Shown here: piece after piece, positions 38,748 through 49,167 of the stretch
How positions within the stretch are numbered: the first letter of the stretch is position 1
How the letters are laid out: every line of letters begins with the position of its first letter
Source of the DNA: a bacterium
Lineage (GTDB): Bacteria > Patescibacteriota > CPR2 > UBA1875 > JAJYID01
Direction: 5' to 3'
Length of the DNA: 64,000 nt
Assembly (NCBI GenBank): GCA_021796415.1
Contig: JAJYJC010000002.1
Coordinates: 7,983-71,982 of the forward strand
Position numbers and translations under genes: made by a program
The notes under the pieces: generated by a model
Seen by the model: the letters and a program-made list of their open reading frames with translations, nothing else
Database searches by the model: none
What the model was told of the DNA's origin: nothing

Positions 38748-39143
38748 AAGTTCCGACCCGCACGAATGGCGGAACGGTCTGGACACTGTCTCAACGAGGG
38801 ACCCGGTGAAATTGCAATAGCGGTAAAGATGCCGTTTACCCGCGACAAGACGGAAAGACCCCGTGGAGCTTTACTACAGCTTGGCATTGGATTAGGGTCT
38901 TGCATGTGTAGGATAGGTGGGAGACTTTGAAGCCGGAACGCTAGTTTCGATGGAGTCGCTGGTGAAATACCACCCTTGTAAGGTTTTGATTCTAACCCGG
39001 ACCGAAAATTGGAAACAATTTTCTTCCAAGATTTAAAAGTTGTCAGAGAAGCTGCTACAATTAATTTTCCAAAATAGCTTTAGCAACTTTTAAACTACTG
39101 GAGCAGATTGCTTTCAGTTTCCGGTTCGGAGACAGTGTCTGGT

Positions 39144-39176
<33 letters not shown>

Positions 39177-39396
39177 GGTAACGGAGGCGTTCAAAGGTGG
39201 GCTAGGTCTGGATGGAAATCAGACTGATAGTGCAAACGCATAAGCCCGCTTGACTGCAAGGCCTACAAGCCGCGCAGAGACGAAAGTCGGAGTTAGTGAT
39301 CTTTTGAGTGCACGTGGGTGCCTCATTGCTTAACGGACAAAAGCTACCCCGGGGATAACAGGCTTATAGGATCCAAGAGTCCACATCGACGATCCT

Positions 39397-39433
<37 letters not shown>

Positions 39434-39467
39434 GTGAAGCAGCTCCCAAGGGTTTGGCTGTTCGCCA

Positions 39468-39523
<56 letters not shown>

Positions 39524-39562
39524 TGTCGTGGGCGTTGAAACTTGAGGAGATCTGTCCCTAGT

Positions 39563-40333
39563 AAGAAATTGCTACTTTACGGAGAAATCCGTAATGACAA
39601 ATCGGCTAATAACGGTGGAGCCTTCATAAATATATCTGGCAGCGGAGAAACAGCTGGCCTCGGTCAGCTAGCTGTGATATATTCTTGAGGACCAGTTAAG
39701 TTTTTAAGGTAATACCGTGGGAAGTCGTCTTGAAACTAATGTAGCTTATATCGCAGGTTTTTTGGATGGTGATGGGAGCCTGATGCTTCAGATTAAAAGG
39801 AGGAGCGACAACGGTCGCCCGAGATTTATGGCAACAATCTGTTTCTATCAGGATACTCGCCATGACAAATCCTTGCTTTGGATAAAAGATATTCTGGATA
39901 TCGGTTATATATCAAAAAGAAATGATGGTATGACCGAGCTTAGAATTAATGGGTTTAAGCAAATAGAGAGAATACTCAAAATTCTTTTACCCCATATCCG
40001 ATTCAAGGAAGTGCAGGCAAGTACACTCTTAAAAGCAGTAACATTGCTTCAGAAAGAGAAACTTGCTGCGAATGATTATAAAAAACTTGTTGATTATATG
40101 CTGACAATTCAAAATGAAAACTATCAGGCAAAGAAAAAAAGAACTAAAAATGAGTTGTTAAAGGTTTTAGGATTGACCCCGTAACGACTTATCTCATACG
40201 TGAGATAGACTTGCATAACACTGGAAAGCTTTAAAAAGCAGGTTTATGCGGGTAATACGCCGACCCCTCCTCCCGAGTTATCGGGAAAGGGTGAAGATAT
40301 AGTCTATGCTCCTAGAAATAGGGGAAGTACATG
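39563..40333 (+). mobile_element. Group I intron after 23S U2656 (sarcin-ricin loop) carrying a homing endonuclease
   Basis: Exons CCTAGT|ACGAGAGGACC; P1 TAGT|AA-GAAA-TTGCTA with U.G; GTAACGACT and GAAGATATAGTCT core; terminal G. Confidence 0.92.
39717..40184 (+). CDS. Single-motif LAGLIDADG homing endonuclease
   Basis: AYIAGFLDGDGSL motif, ICFYQ, LPHIRFKEVQA; lies inside the intron. Confidence 0.93.
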   Translation: MGSRLETNVAYIAGFLDGDGSLMLQIKRRSDNGRPRFMATICFYQDTRHDKSLLWIKDILDIGYISKRNDGMTELRINGFKQIERILKILLPHIRFKEVQASTLLKAVTLLQKEKLAANDYKKLVDYMLTIQNENYQAKKKRTKNELLKVLGLTP

Positions 40334-40827
40334 ACGAGAGGACCGGGATGGACCGACCTATGGTGTGCCAGTTGTTCTGCCAAGAGCATCGCTGGGTAGC
40401 TATGTCGGGAATGGATAAGCGCTGAAAGCATATAAGCGCGAAGCCAACTTCAAGATTAGGTTTCATTATAGACCCCTTATAGACTATGAGGTTGATAGGC
40501 TCTAGGTGTAAGTGCAGTAATGCACTCAGCTGAGGAGTACTAATAGGTCAATGACTTAATGATTTTGTATTTCACTAGCGTTCAAACAAAATCAGTATAC
40601 TGTATTCAGTATCCAGTATTGTGGTTTCAAACCCTCAATACACAATACTCTATACTCAATACTGTTGTAACGAGCGGTAGCGAGATACAACTTGGCCAGT
40701 AATCAGTGATTGGATCCCAGCACATATCTTGTGCCCGCTTCGCGGATTGAAGTAGCACAAGATATGTGCTGGGTTGAATTGTAAATTTCGTTTTGTATTA
40801 GACAGACAGAATAATTATTTGAAAACT

Positions 40828-41257
<430 letters not shown>

Positions 41258-41290
41258 CTGCTTGCCGGCAAGGCAGGTTGCCTAATACGC

Positions 41291-41324
41291 AAAAAGGCAC
41301 ATTAATTCGTTAGTGTGCCTTTTT
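41291..41324 (+). terminator. rRNA operon terminator
   Basis: AAAAAGGCACATTAA-TTCG-TTAGTGTGCCTTTTT. Confidence 0.85.
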
Positions 41325-41417
41325 GTATTGAAATAAAATAATAGAAAAGGTGAAGGCGCGGAGTAGGATAACTCCGCGCCATTGCAGGCACCTTGGTTGG
41401 CTAGCCGGTAGTGTCGG

Positions 41418-42443
41418 TTAAGATGGGATTTCGATGACCTCTGTCCTCGAGGTTAATCGCCGTGTCCTCTTTCCGCTGTTGATGTGGTTAACCAGCAGGG
41501 TGTAGAGGAGTTCTCGTGCTTTCCCTGTCGCTGAAGACAGGTTGACCACGCTGGGATCGGAGATCGGGAAGCTCTGGATCTTTCGGATCAGTTGAGCTTC
41601 GACGAAGAGCCGATTCTCCCTCCAGAAGTCAGTGTGGTTGGAGAATATGGTCGCGAGAACCAGCAGGAAGCCGGAGCGCAGATATATCGCCCCTTCCTTG
41701 TAGGCCACGCGCTGTATTCCCCAGCACTGATCGACAGTTTGGAAGAAAGTTTTCATGTTGTCGCGGAAAACATTCTTTCCGATTCGCACTACGATCTTGT
41801 CAACCCCGGGGGCCAGCTCCTTGATCCGGCTCGACTTTCCGGGGCCAATGTGGCTGTGGAGTGCGCCAGCGACTTTCAGCAGTGTTACTGCTGAGATGAG
41901 CTCGTGCCTCTTCTGGCGCTGCTCCCAGTTGATGCGATCATACATTGCAAAGGCCTTGTCGTCGCAAAGCCGATAGAGGAGGTTGATCGCATCGATCTCG
42001 TGGCGCATATTGCGGAGCAGGATGTTGGAGGAGAGCTTGGTCATATCGGCGTTTAAGATCTTGAACCGATTACGCTCCCACTCTTCATCCGTACTGAAGT
42101 GTACGGTTGCACCGATCCTCGGTACGCTTCCATCCTGCAACATCATGTTTGCTGCTGTGACGCGCTGGAGTCCATCGATGATGAAGACGGGATCCTTAAG
42201 ATAGAAGTTGCCACCCCTATCCAGGAATCTTTCACCTCTCATTCCTAGGTCGATATCGGGGACGGATCCAGTTTTGAACGCTTCCATCAGTCCATTGATT
42301 GTGGACAGAGGAAGTACCTCGCGCTGGTAATCAGCGACCTGCAGAAACCGCAAAGAATCTGGGTGGATCCTGCCACGCAGAATTACTTCCTTCTCTGGGG
42401 TTTCGTCAAGGGCCGCATGACTCATTTTGATGCTCTCGGTCAT
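41418..42443 (-). CDS. ParB/Srx-like (DGQHR/DndB-type) domain protein
   Basis: YQRE and FIIDGLQRVTA motifs; GC-richer than its flanks; own promoter and terminator. Confidence 0.65.
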   Translation of the reverse strand: MTESIKMSHAALDETPEKEVILRGRIHPDSLRFLQVADYQREVLPLSTINGLMEAFKTGSVPDIDLGMRGERFLDRGGNFYLKDPVFIIDGLQRVTAANMMLQDGSVPRIGATVHFSTDEEWERNRFKILNADMTKLSSNILLRNMRHEIDAINLLYRLCDDKAFAMYDRINWEQRQKRHELISAVTLLKVAGALHSHIGPGKSSRIKELAPGVDKIVVRIGKNVFRDNMKTFFQTVDQCWGIQRVAYKEGAIYLRSGFLLVLATIFSNHTDFWRENRLFVEAQLIRKIQSFPISDPSVVNLSSATGKARELLYTLLVNHINSGKRTRRLTSRTEVIEIPS

Positions 42444-42716
42444 TTCGGAGCACTCTCCTTATCATGTGGCTGTTAGTATTTCCAAAGTGCCTGCAAGTGG
42501 GATTATACCACTTTTATAGATTTTTAGCAATATTTTTCTTATGCTTTATATTTTAATTCCAAGCGTTTTCTCAGCCTTGGCCGTTATTATTCTAAAAAAG
42601 CTACAAAATTCTTCGCTTAAATTCTTGATTTTAACCAATGTTTATACGCTTCACATACAATAATATTGGTCCAGATAAAGCGAGGGTTTTATAAAAAAGA
42701 AGGGAGATGATATATT

Positions 42717-42914
42717 ATGGCAGGCACAAAAAAGGGCGGCATTCAAGCCGCAAAAACCAACAAAGCCAGATACGGCAGAGACTTCTATGAGAAAATTGGC
42801 CGCATCGGAGGCAGGCGCGGAACTACCGGCGGGTTTGCAGCAAACCCGGAACTAGCGAAAGAAGCCGGCAGAAAAGGCGGCAAGGCAAGCGCAGCAAAAA
42901 GAAAGAAGCAATAA
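42717..42914 (+). CDS. KGG-repeat general stress protein
   Basis: DFYEKIGRIGG, GGFAANPELAKEAGRKGG. Confidence 0.88.
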   Translation: MAGTKKGGIQAAKTNKARYGRDFYEKIGRIGGRRGTTGGFAANPELAKEAGRKGGKASAAKRKKQ

Positions 42915-43115
42915 AAAAATATCCGGCAGACAAGAGGTATCTTGGGCCGGATATTTTATGGAGCAGGTAAATGGGTAAAACCATAAGGTACGGAGAAAGG
43001 AAAAAGATCGATAAACAAACAAAAAAATCTCGGAAATCCATTTCTCCCAGAACTTTTTACAATAAGTTAGACGGTAAAAATTTAAAGATACAAAAACTAT
43101 CCCAAAAACGCAGAA

Positions 43116-43679
43116 CTACCTATAAGTGAGAAAGCTGCCGATGGAAGAAACAAAGAACAAGAAGCAGGAGACAGCTGACTTCGACTTTGGCGATTTTACA
43201 AATTCCTGAGTTTTGCCGGAAGTGCTTTTTATTGCTGAAATGATTTTTTTCTTTACTTGTCTGTCCTTGCGGTCATTGACCTCCCAGTAGCAGTCGCAGA
43301 CAAAGCAGCCGAAAACATTGTCGCTTCGCTGAAGTGAGTACGCGCCGCAGGTCGGACAGCTCGCCCTCTTGGTTACCCAGTTGTCATAGCTTAGCAAACA
43401 TTCCTTTATGTGATCTTCGTCGATCTCGATACCATTTTCCTGGGCCAGACTTCTTGTCTCATCCCAGGCTTCCTGCTCCAAATCCAAAAGTTCTACATCG
43501 TATTTATATGTGAAGTGGCCCAGCTTCATATGAGCTATCTCATGCAGCAGTGCCAATCGCCCGTCCTTGTTTTTCAGCTCTTCCGGCACATATGTTATTG
43601 TTTGCGTTCTGGCATTAAACGAAAAAACCCTGCCTGGCTGGCAGTTGTGCTTATCCAAGAGTTTCTGAAGTTTTCTCAT
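43116..43679 (-). CDS. HExxH metallopeptidase-like protein with a zinc ribbon
   Basis: ALLHEIAH, EQEAW, CPTC..CFVC. Confidence 0.75.
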   Translation of the reverse strand: MRKLQKLLDKHNCQPGRVFSFNARTQTITYVPEELKNKDGRLALLHEIAHMKLGHFTYKYDVELLDLEQEAWDETRSLAQENGIEIDEDHIKECLLSYDNWVTKRASCPTCGAYSLQRSDNVFGCFVCDCYWEVNDRKDRQVKKKIISAIKSTSGKTQEFVKSPKSKSAVSCFLFFVSSIGSFLTYR

Positions 43680-43753
43680 GAATCTTATTTTATATCCCGA
43701 CTTATCCCCATATCAAGCATAAGGGAAAATAAAAATTATGATAAAATCTTATT

Positions 43754-44446
43754 ATGAATTATCGTTATACATATTTACTCATGGGGCTGCTTTTTCTTCT
43801 GATATGGCTGTGTCTATTTATTTGGAGAAGAGATACTAGAAAGGAGATGTTCGCAATGTCCTTAATCTTTGGGTTTATCGGTCCTTTTTCCGACGTTCTT
43901 TATACCAGAGACTGGTGGCACCCCTTGACAGTCACAAATACCAAAATTGGCCCAGAGGCTATAATTGTTGGGTTTGCTATTGGCGGTATAGCTTCTGTAA
44001 TATATGAAGATATTTTCAAGAAAAAAATAAGGACCCGAAGGGTTTCGCGATCCAGGAAAAGGCGAGATGACCTTAATTTTTCCATTGTCTTAATTATTTC
44101 TGGCGGTACATTGTTGGGAGCCTTTTTCTTCCTCGGGCTGGGCAGTCTTTTGTCAACAGTTCTCGCTTTTGGAATTCCCGCCGTAATCATTTGGATTCGA
44201 AGACATGATTTGATACTAGACTCACTAGCCTCCGGGATTTTTCTGCTGGCGGTTGCATGCTTCGTATATTCGGTACTTCAGATTTTAACTCCGGGGTGGA
44301 TCCAGGCTTTTTGGACTTTCAGGTATGTGCCTGATATAACGATATTAAGCCTGCCTATAAATGATGTTCTTTGGTACTTCTTGGCGGGACTCTTCATAGG
44401 TCCGCTTTATGAATATTGGAAAGAAGGGAAGCTGGTAAAGGCTTAA
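43754..44446 (+). CDS. Lycopene-cyclase-domain-like membrane protein
   Basis: Multi-TM protein with duplicated WW/FW..IGPE / LPIND half-domains. Confidence 0.65.
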   Translation: MNYRYTYLLMGLLFLLIWLCLFIWRRDTRKEMFAMSLIFGFIGPFSDVLYTRDWWHPLTVTNTKIGPEAIIVGFAIGGIASVIYEDIFKKKIRTRRVSRSRKRRDDLNFSIVLIISGGTLLGAFFFLGLGSLLSTVLAFGIPAVIIWIRRHDLILDSLASGIFLLAVACFVYSVLQILTPGWIQAFWTFRYVPDITILSLPINDVLWYFLAGLFIGPLYEYWKEGKLVKA

Positions 44447-44448
44447 GT

Positions 44449-44865
44449 ATGAAGAATAAAGAAAAAACGGTAGTAATTGGGTTCGTGAGAAATAATCTTG
44501 GGGATTTGCTGGTTTGCCAAAGATATGAACCGGAACTTCCGGAAGTGCATCTGAAGTGGGATTTACCCGGCGGGACAAATGAAGACGGCGAATCTCTGGA
44601 AGAAACTTTATTGCGTGAAATTTCGGAAGAGACAGGCTTGAATGTGCTTATTTGCGGTCAAGTAGGTGACCCGGTTGAAAAGATTTGGAGCTATCCAGAC
44701 CATGATCAGCACACTTGCATATATTGTTTTGAATGTGAATTTATAGATGGAGAAATCGACTCCAGCGACCAAAAGATAAACGACATCAAGTGGGTTTCGG
44801 GGAAAAATCTAAATAGTTATAACTTCCTGGAAACAACAAATATTTTTATAAACAGACTAAGATAA
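44449..44865 (+). CDS. NUDIX hydrolase (MutT-like)
   Basis: WDLPGGTNEDGESLEETLLREISEETGL. Confidence 0.92.
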   Translation: MKNKEKTVVIGFVRNNLGDLLVCQRYEPELPEVHLKWDLPGGTNEDGESLEETLLREISEETGLNVLICGQVGDPVEKIWSYPDHDQHTCIYCFECEFIDGEIDSSDQKINDIKWVSGKNLNSYNFLETTNIFINRLR

Positions 44866-45029
44866 ATCCTTTTGCCTAAAGGATAATTTTGTTGTATAAT
44901 GGTTGGGCTGGAGGGAACGATCATGCTCGTTGCTGAGAGTTCCTTTTCATTTTCCCTCTGAGCTTATTTCCTTTTTGATCACCCACACTAGGGGTGTATT
45001 TCTGTTGTTTCTCAATCAAGGAGGCTGTT

Positions 45030-46007
45030 ATGAACAAGAAGTTGTTGTGGCTAGCTATAATCGCGTTGTCGGTGATGGTAATGGGTCCGTTCGTGACCCA
45101 TGCTCTCGCCGGCGGCGGCCCCGGACCTGGCGGTGCCGGACCGGATGGATGTTTCGCCTACCTCGTCAACTGGACGGATACGGGCTACGGCTCGACTGTT
45201 CAGCTGTATCCTGGTGATTCGATCCAGTTCGACGTCTGGGCAAACTGCCCGGTCACGATATCGAACACCTGGGATGACGAGAGCGCGGCGGTGACGCAGT
45301 ACGACATTGCCACCGGTGGTCAGCCTATCAATATGTCTGATCTGCCCGTTACGTTCACGGTACCGCCGGGCACAGCCTCGGGCGACTACTACATCAAAGC
45401 AAACTAGGTCTAATGCTACTTTTTGTGTGGCTATTATGTGCACTTTTAACTGCTATAAAAGCATAAACGACACATTTTTTATCTTAAAAGTTAAAAATAT
45501 AACCTTTTATGGCTTTAGAAGGGAATTAAATACCGATTTCAGCCACCCAAAATCAAGCATTAAGCCGCAAACTACGATGTAGACCCGAGCCAGACGTACT
45601 CCTACATCCATGCGATGATCGGAGATCTGCCGGCCTACCCCATATCTCTCTCCCTGTCAACCGGGGGAGCGGAGTGGGCCAGTTACGCCGATTATCAGGC
45701 CCGCAATCTATCCGTCTCCCTTCGAGTGACGAACACGGGAGAGAACGACGCCTACGGTATAAAGTTCGTTGCAGCAACGGCGACCAATGGCGTTCAGCCG
45801 GTGTCGTGCGCGCTGGCAGGAAGCAGCCTTGGCTGCTTCGGTAGTTACGTTGTGTCCTACTTGCCACCGGGGGCGGCCTCGGACATTTTGTGGGCGCAAT
45901 TCACTGTGCCATCGGGGGTAGCTTTCTTTAGGACGACAGTCTACGCCCAGGCGCAGGACTATCATAACAAGACGCACTACTTTCCGGGACCTCCGCCCGG
46001 CACGTAG
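45030..46007 (+). pseudogene. Secreted beta-rich protein gene (269 aa when reconstructed) interrupted by a MITE
   Basis: Removing 45407-45574 joins ..YYIKAN to YDVDPSQTYSYIHAMIGDLP.. in frame; signal peptide MNKKLLW..HALA. Confidence 0.85.
45407..45566. mobile_element. 160-bp MITE, IS1595-like ends
   Basis: 8-bp target duplication GCAAACTA (45399-45406, 45567-45574); 26-bp TIRs starting GG, 20/26 identical; AT-rich. Confidence 0.88.
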
Positions 46008-46033
46008 ACGGCCACAAAGGAAATAAGCGAATC

Positions 46034-46057
46034 GGGGCGGCCCAGACGGGCCGCCCC
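46034..46057 (+). terminator. GC-rich hairpin terminator
   Basis: GGGGCGGCCC-AGAC-GGGCCGCCCC. Confidence 0.7.
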
Positions 46058-46119
46058 TTCACATTTATAAAATAAATTTAAAACCGGCACATATTTTAGC
46101 GGTAGCAAAATTATGCTTC

Positions 46120-46599
46120 TTAAGCTTCTCCTGCTTTCATCTTCGCAAGCAGTTCGATGAGACGTTCGTTGCCTTCACGTACGCCCTTCTCCATACCCGA
46201 CTCTATCATCCCGTCCCGGTCTTCTTTGGAGGCATATTTCGACAAACTCCAGACGCGCGTCTTGTCACCCATTTCTTCAAAGTTTACTGTCTGGGTTGAT
46301 ACGTGTCCCGGCATGCCCTCCCACTCAAAAGTCCAGGTCATTTTCTCCGGTTTTTTAATCTCTAGAAACTCGCCGTGAAATCCGTACTCATTGTCTCCGG
46401 AATCCTTCTGCACAAATCTCCATGCGCCGCCCTGCGTAAAGCCCAGCTTATCGATGTCGGTGGTGTAGCCCTTCGGTCCCCACCACTCAGGGATTAGCTT
46501 TGGGTCGGTGTAAGCCCGCCACACCAGCTCTCTTGGCGCATCAAAAACCGAGTCTATCATAATCTCCGTGTCAGAAGGGGTTGTAATTTTGGTTTCCAT
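46120..46599 (-). CDS. SRPBCC/AHSA1 family protein
   Basis: FDAPRELVWRAYTDP..WWGP, GGAWRF, ESGMEKG. Confidence 0.92.
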   Translation of the reverse strand: METKITTPSDTEIMIDSVFDAPRELVWRAYTDPKLIPEWWGPKGYTTDIDKLGFTQGGAWRFVQKDSGDNEYGFHGEFLEIKKPEKMTWTFEWEGMPGHVSTQTVNFEEMGDKTRVWSLSKYASKEDRDGMIESGMEKGVREGNERLIELLAKMKAGEA

Positions 46600-46702
46600 A
46601 AGCCCCCTTTCTTAATTAACTATTTTAAGCATTGTATAAAAGCCGTCGAGGCATTACATTGTTACTTAATGAAAAAATATAACGACACAGAAAGTTATCT
46701 GG

Positions 46703-47032
46703 ATGAAGACGGCGGAAAATCGGGAACTGCTTGAGAAAATCAGAGAAATAATTCGCGAAGCGGCGCCAGAGGCGGAGGAGAAATTTTCCTACGGCATGCC
46801 GGGTTATTATTTTATGGGAAGTCCGCTAGTTTTCTATGCCGCTTTCAAAGATCACTGTAGTTTCTTTGGCGCAAGCGGAACGGTGCTCGAGAGTTTCAAG
46901 GACGAGCTAAAAGATTTCAAAACCGCAAAAGGCACGATTCATTTCACAAAAGACCACAAAATCCCCAAGGATTTAATCGAAAGAATAGTCCAAGCGAAAA
47001 TGCAAGAAGTGGAGAAGAAAAAGGTAAAATAA
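46703..47032 (+). CDS. DUF1801/YdhG-like protein (N-terminus possibly frameshifted)
   Basis: IREAAPEAEEKFSYGMP, YAAFKDHCSF, KGTIHF. Confidence 0.85.
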   Translation: MKTAENRELLEKIREIIREAAPEAEEKFSYGMPGYYFMGSPLVFYAAFKDHCSFFGASGTVLESFKDELKDFKTAKGTIHFTKDHKIPKDLIERIVQAKMQEVEKKKVK

Positions 47033-47147
47033 AAAGCTTGGCCACAGAAAAAAGCCTTTAAATTGGAACTCTTTTGGACTATAATTAAGTTTCAATAAAA
47101 ACAAAAAAGACCTGTGTCCTGGTCGACTATTTGAAGTTAGGAAACGA

Positions 47148-47879
47148 ATGATAAAATTTGATCCAACTAAGAAAGCAATATTTGAACCAACTGATCTTAA
47201 CTTACCGACCACAAAAGCCATTATGGTTTTTGATGATGAGATATGGGAAGATTTTATTGTTAAAGACAAAAAAATTGTCATTTTTCCAGTCAAGAATACT
47301 CGCGGACGGGTTTTTGATGCTTTTCGTATGTATAAATATAACGGCGAAGATATTTTACTAGTATACCCAGATACGGGAGCGTCAGCCTCGGCTATTGAAA
47401 TGGAGCTTTTGATCGCCAGTGGCGTTAACAAAATTGTTGCGTTTGGAACGTGTGGCGCATTAGACAAAAATATTGCAAAAAATACCATCATTATACCAAC
47501 AGCTGCCGTTAGGGAAGAAGGCACAAGTTATCATTACTTGCCGCCAAGCGATGAGGTTTCTCAAAGCGAGAAATCTCTCAAAACCATGAATCGTATTCTT
47601 GATAGGGAAGGTTTTAAGATATTAAATGGCAAAATATGGACAACGGATGCTGTCTATCGGGAGACACTGGGCAAATTCCAAACAATGAAACAGAATGGTT
47701 GTGTGGCTGTTGACATGGAATTATCCGCGCTTCTAGCTGTTGCTGAGTTTCGTGGTACTAGCTTTGCTGAATTTTTGATCACCGATGACAATATCGATGG
47801 GAAACCTGAGCGCGAAAATGTCCGAGACTGCGCAAAAATATTTGACGCTGCATTACAAGTTGTGACAGCCCTATATTAA
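47148..47879 (+). CDS. Nucleoside (uridine/purine) phosphorylase family protein
   Basis: GTCGAL, AVREEGTSYHY, WTTDAVYRET, AVDMELSA. Confidence 0.92.
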   Translation: MIKFDPTKKAIFEPTDLNLPTTKAIMVFDDEIWEDFIVKDKKIVIFPVKNTRGRVFDAFRMYKYNGEDILLVYPDTGASASAIEMELLIASGVNKIVAFGTCGALDKNIAKNTIIIPTAAVREEGTSYHYLPPSDEVSQSEKSLKTMNRILDREGFKILNGKIWTTDAVYRETLGKFQTMKQNGCVAVDMELSALLAVAEFRGTSFAEFLITDDNIDGKPERENVRDCAKIFDAALQVVTALY

Positions 47880-48015
47880 TTAGTACCAGAGTATAATGTT
47901 CGAGTATTCGACATAAAACGGTTTAATTTATACCTTCTTCCTCATCAAACTCACCTCCGGGTAGATTTCTAGTGTTCTTAACTTACGGAAAATCTCAACG
48001 ATTACAACTCTAATC

Positions 48016-48041
48016 GTTACACTAATACATATTAGTGTAAC
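48016..48041. promoter_or_regulatory. Palindromic operator candidate, copy 1
   Basis: GTTACACTAATACATATTAGTGTAAC, identical to 48475-48500. Confidence 0.7.
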
Positions 48042-48092
48042 GATGATCGCGGTGCTTTGGTTCTCTTGTAAATATACCTAGAGATAGGGTTG

Positions 48093-48443
48093 CTAACCAA
48101 TTACCCGCACGCCTTTGTATCTTATCGTTCTTCCTTTGGCTGGCGTCTTCGATCTTTTTGGTTTGGGTAGGCCGGAACTTTTTTGAAACCCAAAACCGCA
48201 CTTAGTGGCCAACCGATTTAAGGTTGTCGGACTCATACCCGTTTTCAAGCGAATGTCGGCGTATGACTTGCCTTCATCTATCATAATAAGTGCTTGATAT
48301 CGTCTCCCGATATCATTAATTTCCCTGGGCGTCAAAACACGGTCGAAAATTTTCCTCACCTCGTTTATGTTTTGACAATCCACAAGCAAGGCCATGACAT
48401 CCAGCACTTCTTTGTCGTGCCAAACCAATCGTTTGCTACTCAT
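48093..48443 (-). CDS. TrpR/YerC-YecD-like repressor
   Basis: VLTPREINDIGRRY, GKSYADIRLKTGMSPTTLNR HTH. Confidence 0.85.
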   Translation of the reverse strand: MSSKRLVWHDKEVLDVMALLVDCQNINEVRKIFDRVLTPREINDIGRRYQALIMIDEGKSYADIRLKTGMSPTTLNRLATKCGFGFQKSSGLPKPKRSKTPAKGRTIRYKGVRVIG

Positions 48444-48474
48444 TTTCCCTCCACAATTAAAATAACTATCTACT

Positions 48475-48500
48475 GTTACACTAATACATATTAGTGTAAC
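48475..48500. promoter_or_regulatory. Palindromic operator candidate, copy 2 (upstream of the repressor gene)
   Basis: Identical 26-bp palindrome 32 bp upstream of the start codon. Confidence 0.75.
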
Positions 48501-48648
48501 GAAACAAGTATACAGATTTTTCCCGAGCCCTTTAGATTATTAGATGGTGGGAATGGTTTTAATTGTCGACCTTTTTCCTCATCAAACTCATTTCAAAATG
48601 TGGGGTTTTTTGTGATATTATTAATTCATTAATGAACGGGGAATTAGC

Positions 48649-49167
48649 ATGGATGTTAATGAAGCGATAAGTAGAAGAAAAAGCATTAGGAAATGGCAGG
48701 ACAAGGAAGTAGCAGGTGAGATAATTACTGAGCTTTTGGATGCCGCACGCAGGGCGCCGTCGGCGAAGAATGTCCAGTCGCACAGATATTTCGTTGTGAA
48801 GGGGAAAACTAAAGACAAACTAGTTGCGGCAGGAGCTTTCAAGCAGCCATTTTTGAAAGATGCGCCGGCTATCATAGTTTGCATAGCCGATCCGACGCAG
48901 TATCCGCAAAGCGTGGATGTCGATGAAACTCCCGAGCACTACGCCTATATAGACCTGTCGATCGCCGCTTCATTTCTGGTGTTGCGGGCGACCGAGCTTG
49001 GCCTCGGCACAGTATTTGTCGCATGGATATATCGGGATAAGATAAGGGAAGCGCTGGATATTCCCGAAAACTACATTATTCCGTTTGTCTTGCCAATCGG
49101 TTATCCGGATGAGGACCCGCCGGCAAAACCAAGAAAAAGTCTAGAGGAGATAGTTATTCAATCATGA
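48649..49167 (+). CDS. Nitroreductase family protein
   Basis: RRKSIRKW, APSAKNVQ, ATELGLGT, IGYP. Confidence 0.93.
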   Translation: MDVNEAISRRKSIRKWQDKEVAGEIITELLDAARRAPSAKNVQSHRYFVVKGKTKDKLVAAGAFKQPFLKDAPAIIVCIADPTQYPQSVDVDETPEHYAYIDLSIAASFLVLRATELGLGTVFVAWIYRDKIREALDIPENYIIPFVLPIGYPDEDPPAKPRKSLEEIVIQS

